Shown here: positions 24,160 through 34,448 of the stretch, one piece after another
Numbering within the stretch: the first letter of the stretch is position 1
Layout of the letters: every line of letters starts with the position of its first letter
Assembly (NCBI GenBank): GCA_000934665.2
Contig: JYFJ02002723.1
Coordinates: 1-52,237 of the forward strand
Length of the DNA: 52,237 bases
Direction: 5' to 3'
DNA from: Catajapyx aquilonaris
Taxonomy: Eukaryota
The notes under the pieces: generated by a model
The model's input: the letters and a program-made list of their open reading frames with translations, nothing else
Database searches by the model: none
Told to the model about the DNA's origin: nothing
Translations under genes and position numbers: made by a program

Positions 24160-24339
24160 AAAGCCAAGGGCGGCGGCTATGGAAACATCGCTGACATGGT
24201 ACCTCAGTGCCACGGCACCCGGATGATACGTCACCACGGTGATACGGCCCCCGAGTGATATGGTGCATGAGGCAGTAGGGTGAGGGGACGGTGGGGGGAA
24301 TGGGCAAACATACAAATAAACTTTGCCTTATATATAAGA
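24160..24339 (-). mobile_element. Helitron 5' fragment (also in copies B and C)
   Basis: Minus strand reads A|TCTTATATATAAGGCAAAGTTTATTTGTATGTTTG, a typical Helitron 5' end. Confidence 0.55.
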
Positions 24340-24479
24340 TACACCTATAAGATAAGAATGATAATGTAAGAAGATGTAGCTACTCTTACAGTATACTGTA
24401 CTGGAAAGAGGTGTCCAGTACAAGCCTACGCATGAAAAAAGTAATATACAAGCCCAAGCAGTTTCAAACTGCCAGTCCT

Positions 24480-26210
24480 GGAACCCGATTGGTTCCAAAA
24501 GTCACCCAAGATGGCTGCCTGGCTGCCATTGGTCTCGATGCCACAAGTGGCGGCCGCCATCTTTGTGCTCTCAATGACGTCATTTTGGAACAAGGGTATT
24601 GATTTTTATTCCCGCTGACCGGAATCGTTCGAAACGGTTCGAAATGTATACACCACCCGGACATTATATTTAGAACAAAATTCCTCGACCAATTTTTGAG
24701 CATTTTGTAATGAATTTGTTACCAAATGAATAAAATGACGCAGGCGACGTTCCGAACAATAATGGTCCAAGGACAGTACGCCCCCTAGCAGGTGATCGGG
24801 GCTTGCCCGGCCTGATTCGAACGTTCTAAACCCAGAAAATTCAGCTGCTCGTAACACAAAAACGGCTGCATTTATAACGAGAGCTGATACTTTTATAATA
24901 AATTCTGAGCCCCAAGATTCATCCATGGTGAACGTTGCATGCAAATCCGTCATTTCTAACAAGAGAAGACGTATCTGCAGCTTGGGCCAAATGCCAGGGT
25001 CGTTCTGTAGGCTACCATTGCCGTACACCGGTACACGCAACATTCGACACGCTATCTCCCCTAATCTGACCCTTTAAAATTTACCTTACGGTCTGGTAGT
25101 TGTGGGATAGAAACATGTCTGTTCGATGAGATGTTCGAGGAGATGCTAGTCGGAGTGGCCATCATCTCCTCTTTCTTCTCCTTCCCAATCCCAGGGTCCA
25201 TTTCGTCCTCCCGGAGACATGCAATACATACTTGATCCGTGTGCTTGATGTACACAGTAAAAAAAAGTAGGGTGCCGATGATGGGGATAAAACGCCGACT
25301 GACCAGCTCACACCCGCCGACAGGCACGTCTGTACAGCTATCGCGTTCCAAATGGAATGGGGGTAACCATAGCAACCGCCTCTGTGGCCGGGGTCAGAAG
25401 GGGGTCAACGACCGCTCCAATGGTGCCAACATTGCGTTCGAATATTATTCCAATAAAATTCAAGCCCCGAATTCGAATCCAAATGAGATAAATATGCCAA
25501 TGGTATATGCAGTAATTAGGCGTTGATCCAGGTGCTGGGACAAACAAACATACAACCTTTGCGTTTTTATATAGCCTAATACTAGCAGGTGACCCAGCGT
25601 TGCCCGTGTGTTTTGGTTGTAAACCGGATAATTTTCACTTACGCAAGTGCCGGGAAAAAAAATAATGAGTCCACCTTAACGCTTATTATTTTATACACTT
25701 ATTATGTAAGTTTATATGTTGAATTTACAAGTTGAAAATTCAAACATCTATTCAGTGTGATATACAAATAATTTTAACACAGTGTCTGTATTAAGCGCTT
25801 TTGCAAAAATATTTTAAAAGCACCTGCAATTTCCTAATTATAACCAGTCTGTATGATACATTCAGGTCATTACATTAAGTTATGTCATAAATGGATCTTG
25901 TGTTCTCAGATTGTTGTCAGATTTTCTCATTATCTTTAATCACGAGGAACCTTCTACCCGTCACTGTAATGCAGATATAAAATAATTACCACAGTATATT
26001 AATTTCATTTTGCATGGAGTCATTAGTACATCTAACTTACATAAAATGAATGAGAACTCTATGTAACACAGATCAACTTTTTTGTCCATGTGTGGGAATT
26101 CATCACTATTTCCGCATTCCTTATAGGTCACTCGTAAATGGTGACCTTTCATTCCCTCTGAACTTTGCTTTTGACCTCGGGGCAGTCAAACAACCAAAGT
26201 CCTCGAAATA
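24480..26210 (-). mobile_element. Two abutting non-autonomous Helitron segments (also in copies B and C)
   Basis: A minus-strand 5'-like end TATATAAAAACGCAAAGGTTGTATGTTTGTTTGTCCC near 25573 abuts a minus-strand 3' end CACGGGCAACGCTGGGTCACCTGCTAG|T (CTAG at 25582-25585). Outer boundaries are approximate. Confidence 0.55.
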
Positions 26211-27180
26211 TATGCTGGGTCATCTCGAATCAAGTGGGCCGAAATGTTTCTAGACCATCTCGAAAAACCTACGAAAAACACTCGTGAATTGGAATATAAG
26301 GAAAGGTTGCTTGCGATACCACAACTACTGAGCACTAGCGTTACTACGACCGTAGTCCATTTCATAATAGAAATTCAATGAAATCTGGGGAAAACTTGTC
26401 AAGTGTGAAATTATTGTGTTTGAGCCCGCTGGCAGACGAATTGAGGTGCATTTATGGAGTACACTACATTCCTGAAACATTCGCTGTGCAGAAATTAAGC
26501 TGACTCTGTCATAGAGCGGAATCTTACTGGTTTCACTGCCTATATTATAATTTTTGGTAATAGGCATATCTAGTGAAACCTAAACTAATAATATTTTGTC
26601 TGGACCCCTCTATTTAAAAAAAAACTATGAATAATTCTAGAAAACATTACATGTGGGTGCCTGTATCAAATGGAAAACATAATCACACTCCCCTGTAGTA
26701 GGTATTTACAACATAAAAAGGGTACACTCATCGGGCTGTTCAGTCCAATCTTCGTTTTTTGGACCAGTTTTGATTTTTCTAACAACAATTTTGCTTTTCA
26801 AATTGAACAATAAAGATTCTATATTCACAGCAATGTATGATTGGTCTTCTTGGGTGATAAACTTTTCATAAGGCATAACTCATGAGCAAAGAACGTATTT
26901 CTAGGTTCTAAAAACCATCAAATTGGTAAGTATTTTGGTCATGAAAACACTTAAAATAGACTCTTAAATAGGCACTAAAAATCAAGCAGGTCCTAATTTC
27001 TTTTCAGTTCCACGCACATTACAGCCTACTCTTGGCCATGTCACTTTGCAGCACAGTAACAAATTAGCAGTTGTTCCATATTTTAGTGTTTTTTAAAAAT
27101 TATTATTTGTCGGTGATGCCTGTGTGACAGTACAACTTTATACGCTGAAAATGATCATTCGACGTCACACAAAGCAACTA

Positions 27181-28203
27181 CAGGGTGGTCGGAAAGTTTC
27201 GGACCCCCCCCNCCCCCCCCCCGTTTCTTAACACTACTTTTCACAGCGTCTTTTCACATCTTTTAAAAGTCCACAAGCAGGTCTAATGTACACTATCTTT
27301 TGAAGCATAATCTTGAGAAATTCTGAGCACCTTCGCTCTCGCAATTCCATTAATAACTTCGCCTCTGTGACTCATCTAAACATCCTATCTGATTTGCGTT
27401 TATTTTGCTTGTTGCCTTGGAGGACACCTGGTCATATTCTGCGTCAGATAAGGTTTTCATGACCCTTTTCCATGAGATCCCCTTCATGCAAATGTTGCGA
27501 ACTCACTCCTGACCTTATTTTTCGCATTGGTCCATAACCTGGTCCAATAAAAATTTGAAAAGGAATGCATGAAATGGCTGACCCGGATGCATTACTTTCG
27601 AATTCTCACATTGGTACCGTCACATATGTCTCCATTTTTACTTTAAAATAATTTTTTGGTGCGAAAGGACAGTAAACAGTCCTACCTTGGTAAATTAATC
27701 AACATGACACATTTCCACATTGAGAATGACTCCACCAAAAAATTGTTTTAAAGTAAAAATGGAGACAAATGTGACGGTACCAATGTGAGAATTCGAAAGT
27801 AATGCATCCGGGTCAGCCATTTCATGCATTCCTTTTCAAATTTTTATTGGACCAGGTTATGGACCAATGCGAATAATAAGGTCAGGAGTGAGTTCACAAC
27901 ATTTGCATGAAGGGGAACTCATGGAAAAGGGTTATAAAAACCTTATCTGACGCAGAATATGACCAGGGGTCATCCAAGGCAACAAGCAAAATAAACGCAA
28001 AACAGATAGGATGTTTAGATGAGTCACAGAGGCGAAGTTATTAATGGAATTGCGAGAGCGAAGGTGCTCAGATGTTCTCAAGATTATGCTTCAAAAGATA
28101 GTGTACATTAGAACTGCTTATGGACTCTTAAAAAATGTGAAAAGACGCTGTGAAAAGTAGTGTTAAGAAACCTGGGGGGGTCCGAAACTTTCCGATCACC
28201 CTG
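27181..28203. mobile_element. Tc1/mariner foldback MITE (about 480-bp arms), private to copy A
   Basis: TA|CAGGGTGGTCGGAAAGTTTCGGACC...GGTCCGAAACTTTCCGATCACCCTG|TA; absent at the equivalent site in copy B (~37978). Confidence 0.92.
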
Positions 28204-28464
28204 TAGATCGTTATTGAAAGGTTAAATGTCTCGTACAGTCAGTTCATCCTGCATGTCTACGAGTCTCGTATAGACTACAGCTTCTTCGCTATTCACATGT
28301 TGAAGCGGGAGGGATGACTTGAACGGAAAACACGTAAAAACTGCCGAAAAGATTACGAAAATGCGTCAAAAATGCGCAAATAGGTGAAAATAGGCGCTAA
28401 TAGGCACTTTGGTCCCAACGTCCGAAATAGGCAATTTTAGGTTTTATAAAACTACTATTCTTGA

Positions 28465-28610
28465 CAAGGGGGTAACCACTTCGGTACTCCGGTGTACACA
28501 TGAGTGGTACTCCCAGGTACTCCTTAGGTACCTCACTCTTTCTTACTTCTTGGTACTCCTTGAATTTGGTACTCCATTGTACACTTTTCAGTCGACTGAT
28601 TACCCCCTTG
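28465..28610. mobile_element. Second copy of the CAAGGGGG MITE
   Basis: Same termini and GGTACTCC internal repeats; degenerate TSD ATTCTTGA / GTTTTTGA. Confidence 0.8.
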
Positions 28611-30532
28611 GTTTTTGAGGTCCTTGTCTTATGAAACGGTTAGATATTTTGGGGGCCGGTGTCGCCTACAAATAAAAAGTACGGGTAAAAACCTGGAAAT
28701 CCGATCTTTGCTGATGAGCATGGAAAAACCCTTCCAGCTTATTGACTGGTATAGGCAAAGGTGTGTTCGCAAGCTCGCGGGAATCGGTCGTATAGCGAGA
28801 CCGACCAGCCATTCACATCCGGGATTTTGCATCCGAATTTTTCCTTGACTTCTTACCCACACTAAAATGGCTCGAATTAGCTCGAAAACAGCAGTTATCG
28901 CAAGGGCGTGAACACGTGCAACATCGCACAGCAAACTTTACACAGCCCAAACTTCTAATACTATTATTGTTACATCACGTTCCAAAAACATTAATCGGTG
29001 TTACTACTATACTCCTGCCACATTTATGGGTGCGTATGGTTTTGTTCTTTCGAACGATAAATCCGAGTTCAAAAATTCTGATAGATATGGGAAAACTTGG
29101 GCAATACTGGCCTATCTAGCCAGTCTGAAGGCAATATTGGGCCGATATTGGCAGCAGATCTACTGCCATTCAAACTCCCCAAGTAGTACAAAAAGTCGGC
29201 CCGACGCGATGTAAGAACCAATGTCGGGCCGATGCGATGTCGAGTGAAGGTCGGCAAATGTCGGCCGACTTAGGCAGTCTGTCGCCAATCTTGGCCGAAT
29301 GTAGGGAGCCGTCCTATCCCCGTGCTAACTTGTGCGCGATTCTTATTGTGATTATTACTCACTTCGGAGACCTCTGAATAACAGAATATGTCAAAGTTCG
29401 AATTTTCTCTCCTCTTCGCCTCTGCATTCGCCTCTCTAAATTAATTTTGCGCCTATTTTAAGGCTTATTATGATTGTGTTTGAACGGGGCGCTGGTTTGG
29501 CGCGAAGGCAGATAATAACGGTAGCAGCTTTATTATGAGTGACGTCACGAGTTGTGTCTAGTCAGGTGTCAGGACGAGTGAACTGCGGTGGTCTACAGGC
29601 CTTCATCAACCCGGGGCCCGGGGCCCACCCTCGCCGCTGCCCCGAGCCGGCTCTCATGCACAGCTGGTGAGTAAAAGTGTCCGGCCTGGGCTGCACGTTT
29701 TCGAAAGACGATGGTTGTAATCTGGCAGCCCGCTAGGCCTAGCTATAGTTGTTGCATGATGCCGGCCTTTTTCTTCTCTCTTTTCCCCTCTACCTCTCCC
29801 TACTTCGCTTCGTGCTTGCATTTCTGCAATAATTATTATTGTTGCAGTAATATTTGCATATATTCAACTTCATTGAAATGTTTCATGATCATTTTCAAGC
29901 GACACATTTATAAATGTCAGTTGTATTAGCCAACCCTAGGGTTGGTTTATAATCAAGGATTTTACTTAACAGTTTCATTCACAACCAGTGTGTAAGGGTG
30001 GCAGGCGCGATGATGGAAGGATTGGAAGCATCAGGGCAGCAAGCTTCAAGCATCAGTAGATGATAACGGATATCAGGACAATACAATGCTGAAGAAGGTA
30101 TAGTGTATAAGTGACTGTGGAGGCCGGTGTTGGGATCGCTGGAGGAGTTAAAGTTTGGTGCCAAAGTTTGATATGATGTTGGAGATCATTGCATCCAGAG
30201 GATCGCTCCCCTTTTATAATTCCGGGATGGAATTTGCCATGACAAATCACGATCATTATTTTTATTGGAAGTTGTTATAGATATGAAAAAGTGCGTCAAA
30301 CTCCGCACGACAACAGATATTTAAAAACAGGTTTTTAAGTATCTGCATGTTGTGGTAATAAGCGTGAAAATCTGGGATGAAAATGGATAATTATAATTTG
30401 CAATTTTTTAACATTTTGAATGGCGACAGAAGACACTAAGAATGTTACATAATTTGAACTTCAATTTTCCTGCCAATAATAGACGATGACCTAGTTTTTG
30501 AGTGGCATATTGTTGGCCAATAATGGTATTAA

Positions 30533-31508
30533 CCCTTTGATGACGGAGTTTTTGAGGGATTGCATTACCCCAGGGCCTGAGTTTTTTTCCCCCTTTTCCG
30601 GAAATTTTATGACCTCGCCGATTTTCTTGAAATTCGGTGCATTGGTAACCCACACCAAGGGATGAAAAACGCACCTATAGTTACCTGATCAAAATGACCT
30701 CGTGACCCAATTTTGAGGGGGGCAGAGGTCAAATCATAAAATTTCGACCTCACCGACAGGTAGGGCTGTGCGATATCCGAAATTGCATATCGACTTTCGA
30801 TTCTAAAAAATATCGCATCGAAGTCGATATATCGAAAATCGAAAAACCGACATCGCAATATATCGCAAACCGACATCGAACCGACATCGCAAAATATCGC
30901 TCATCGCAAAATATCGCAAACCGACATCGCGATATTTTGCGATGTCGGTTTGCGATATTTTCGATGTCGGTTCGATGTCGGTTTGCAATATTTTTCGATA
31001 TTTTCGATGTCGGTTTTTCGATTATCGATATATCGACTTCGATTCGATATTTTTTAAGTATCGAAAGTCGATATGAAATTTCGGATATCGCACAGCCCTA
31101 CTCACCGATTTTCTTGAAATTCGGTGCATTGACATATGTCCCCCTCCAATATGGGTCACAGGGTCATGTCGAGCAGGGACCTGTAGGTGCGTTTTTAATC
31201 CCTTGGTGTGGGCTACCAATGCACCGAATTTCAAGAAAATCGGCGAGGTCGAAATTTTCTGATTTGACCTCTGCCCCCTCAAAATTGGGTTAAGAGGTCA
31301 TTTTTATCAGGTAACTATAGGTGCGTTTTTCATCCCTTGGGGTGGGCTACCAATGCACCGAATTTCAAGAAAATCGGTGAGGTTGAAATTTTTTGCGTTG
31401 AAAAATGACCCAAGTTGGCAGGGCAAATCTTTGGACATCATATGATGTCCGTAGGCCCTCCAGCAATGCAAGCTCGGAAATCATATGATGGCCGTAGGCA
31501 GCAAAGGG
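30533..31508. mobile_element. piggyBac-like MITE, private to copy B
   Basis: TTAA|CCCTTTG...CAAAGGG|TTAA; empty site GGTATTAAGAAAG in copy A (~22645); internal direct and inverted repeats. Confidence 0.88.
30761..31100. mobile_element. hAT-like palindromic MITE nested in the piggyBac MITE
   Basis: TAGGGCTGTGCGATATCCG...CGGATATCGCACAGCCCTA; many CGATA/ATCG subterminal repeats; 8-bp CTCACCGA at 30749-30756 and 31101-31108. Confidence 0.88.
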
Positions 31509-32384
31509 TTAAGAAATGAAACCCAGTGCTGTTTGCACAATGTGGCCTAAATAAGCACATTATGTATTTTTGTAATACTGTATCATTTTGGCAAACAATA
31601 TGCCACTCAAATAAATGACCATCTTCTATACCATTGCCAGGACAATCAACTTAGTTAAAATTCAGTCATGTACTCATGAGGCCTTCTGTGGCCATTAAAA
31701 GCGCGAAAAAATGTCAAATTCTCCATTTAACTGCTATTAAAAAAGATTGTGGTTCATTGCATATTCCATCCTGGAAGGGATCCTACTTATCATTTGAAAA
31801 AAGGGCCAGAAAAATATTTTCTTTGTTGTGGAAAGTATTGTTGACAACAACAAGCCTTTCTGGCTCTCTTTTTAGCTAACAATTTTTTTCTGGAGGTGGT
31901 GCCAGTGAAAATGGTTGACCTAATTAATTTGAGTTTGTGAAATATTTAATTCACATTTGGAAAATTATGAGGATGGAACCTGAAGTTGTTTTTTTCAATG
32001 CAATTGGTGAAACTTGCATTTAAAGCTAACAATATTACAAAATGTTCATAGGTCTTTCTTTCTTTGCAGAGAAGGAAAAACGCAAGAACGCCACGTTAAT
32101 GGCATCGAAAAGTAGAATTTTATAACGTAAAGTTAGGGATCATGATTGTAAAAGATTCGGACAGAAATATTAAAATCAGGAAAATTATTGGGGGGAAAAG
32201 TATCAGCTCAGAAGGCCTAACTAAGCATTCTGATAAATGTGAGTCCGATGAAACTGCAAGTCATCCTACATTTCAGTGTATAAAATTGGAAAATGTCACA
32301 CTGCCCTGCACACTTGTAAACTGTCAGTCATCACTCATCAGTGCTATTGGCTATGGAAGAAAGATACGTATGTTGTCGTCGTAA

Positions 32385-32637
32385 TAGCGACGGTACTCTC
32401 CTACTCGAGCGGTCCTCGGACCTGACTCGCATTTCTTGGTTGGACGGGGTGCTTGGGAGAATATCCCACCCCCGTCCCTGGGTTGGACCCGGCATTGCAG
32501 TACAGCCGGGGCCAGCCCTCCTCTCCCCCACCACTACCTTGCAATCCCACACCTTCCTCTCCTACCCCCGGCTGCCAAGGCTCGACCCAGACAGAGCCAT
32601 ACAAGCTGGGTAACCCTTCCTACCAACCAACCAACAA
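32385..32637 (+). mobile_element. Retroposon with (CCAA)n tail, private to copy B
   Basis: Flanked by duplicated CGTA(A)TGTTGTCGT; empty site at ~23505-23520 in copy A; homologue at 9876-10175. Confidence 0.85.
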
Positions 32638-33074
32638 CGTAATGTTGTCGTACTGAAGCATCAGACATTTGAATGCATGTGATTCAAGTATTGAAAATGT
32701 GAGAGCAGTGCAACTTAAATTGTTACTTTTCTCTTCCAGCTACTGTTGTGAAAAAAAAAGTTTGTGGTTGTCTAGTTCACAGCAGAAAGAAGTGTAGAAG
32801 TTATCCCCAGGATTTGGGTGGTGCGAGATGGAAGAGCAGCATGATGTCCTGTGGATAATTTTGTCACTGTCAACAATTATGAGGTACATCCTCAACTCGA
32901 GTCCACCTGAGGACAGTTGGGAAGAAGTGGAGATCATTATCAAAGCTCAGCCAAGTTAGAGAATATTTGTGCATATTTTAGTAGCATGGACTCATTTAAT
33001 AGTAGCCTATAGGAGTTACTATATTTCAGTCTGTGAGACCTTGGAAGTAAGTTTTCTATCCATTATTTTTTATA

Positions 33075-33664
33075 CAGGGTGATCCAACTTTATCGTCCCA
33101 ACAGTTACTGGAAAATTGGCGTAAGCTGCTACTTTTCAAGCAGCTACTTGCTAAGAGTTACTTTCTCGAGTATTTGGAATAGCACCTGCTGATATTAGGT
33201 CCAATGCCCATGTACCAATTAATGAGGGAGAAAAGTGTCACCCGTGGGAAATAGGTCGTCTGCCGGGTTGTGACTGGCCAAATGGGATGGGTCAGTCGCG
33301 AGGGGTCGGATGCGAACTGTTGCGACCCTGAAATGGAAAGGTGTGATCATCTTTTTTATTTCCTCATCTACAAACTGATTCATTTGTTGGCCTTCAAAAA
33401 GGCCCATATTAGTGTTCACTGGAAGGATTAAGATGAGGTCACTGGCTGCCAATCAGAGGGCTAATCCGTCGAACAGGACAGACCCGGTTGTGTCAATAAA
33501 TTAATGTTTGTGTCATTAATTGGTACATGGGCATTGGACCTAATATCAGCAGGTGCTATTCCAAGATGCTCGAGAAAGTAACTCTTAGAAAGTAGCAGCT
33601 TAAAAAGTAACTGCTTATGCTATTTTTTCAATAACTGTTGGGGCGATAAAGTTGGATCACCGGG
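33075..33664. mobile_element. Tc1/mariner MITE, private to copy B
   Basis: TA|CAGGGTGATCCAACTTTATCG...CGATAAAGTTGGATCACCGGG|TA, about 150-bp TIRs; empty TA at ~24103 in copy A. Confidence 0.87.
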
Positions 33665-34043
33665 TATTTTCAGCTAGATAATTTGAAGCAAATTGTTTCT
33701 GTGGTTAGTGTCGGTAATGCAATTCATGAAGAAATTCCAATCACTGAAGGGCAGAGAAACTAAAAGAGACTGCGTGTATCCAGTGGATCAGTCATTTAGA
33801 TGTAGGTGCCACTGAAGGTAGCAGATGTTAGATTTTTACATTTTCATTTAGACTCATTCAAGAAAGCCAAGGGGGGCGGCTATGGAAACCCCGCTGCCAT
33901 GGTACCTCAGTGCCACGGCACCCGGATGATACGTCACCACGGTGATACTGGCCCCGGGTGATATGGTGCATGAGGCAGTAGGGTGAGGGGGCGGTGGGGG
34001 GGAATGGGCAAACATACAAACGCGAAACAAACTTTGCCTTATA

Positions 34044-34448
34044 CAGGGTGGTCCAACTTCAAGTGTCGTTTCATAACGGCTATTTATAGAAGCGCTTTAC
34101 GATTATCGTAGCAGCCACGTGTAAAATAGTCCACTTCGGCGCCATCGAAAATATTAGCTGTCAATAGCAGCACACATGTAATGAACCCTGTGCAACCACA
34201 TGCGGCACCAATGCCAATCTAGTGCCTTGGACGTCACCCATTTCACCCAGGCGCATCGCAGGTCATGTGTGCACCTCCTTTTTTCCAGGTCAACCAAGCA
34301 GCAGGGTTGATTACATGTGGGATGCTATTGGCAGCTAATATTTTCGATGGCGCCGAAGTGGGACATTTTACACGTCGCTGCTACGTCATCGCAAGATCAC
34401 TGCTATTAATCGCCGTTATAATACGACACTTGAAGTTGTACCACCCTG
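34044..34448. mobile_element. Tc1/mariner MITE, private to copy B
   Basis: TA|CAGGGTGGTCCAACTTCAAGTGTCG...CGACACTTGAAGTTGTACCACCCTG|TA, inserted in the Helitron TATATA run; empty in copies A and C. Confidence 0.87.

Larger units (their letters stand above)
21975..28948 (+). repeat. Copy A of a triplicated composite CACTA-derived unit
   Basis: Starts with an EnSpm-like terminus CCCAGGTAGCACA and CCAATATTGG / GTCGGCCGAC subterminal repeats. Colinear with 29093-38217 and 39705-42342. Confidence 0.85.

Noticed and set aside
24411..25547. Recurrent short ORFs (MSSTSLRMKK.., MLKNWSRNF.., MLRVPVYG..) as a gene cluster
   Set aside because: They recur only because the DNA is triplicated. Frames break between copies, and most overlap non-coding Helitron sequence.
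30607..31293. DI/RY-rich ORFs as repeat proteins
   Set aside because: They are translations of CGATA/ATCG subterminal repeats in nested MITEs.
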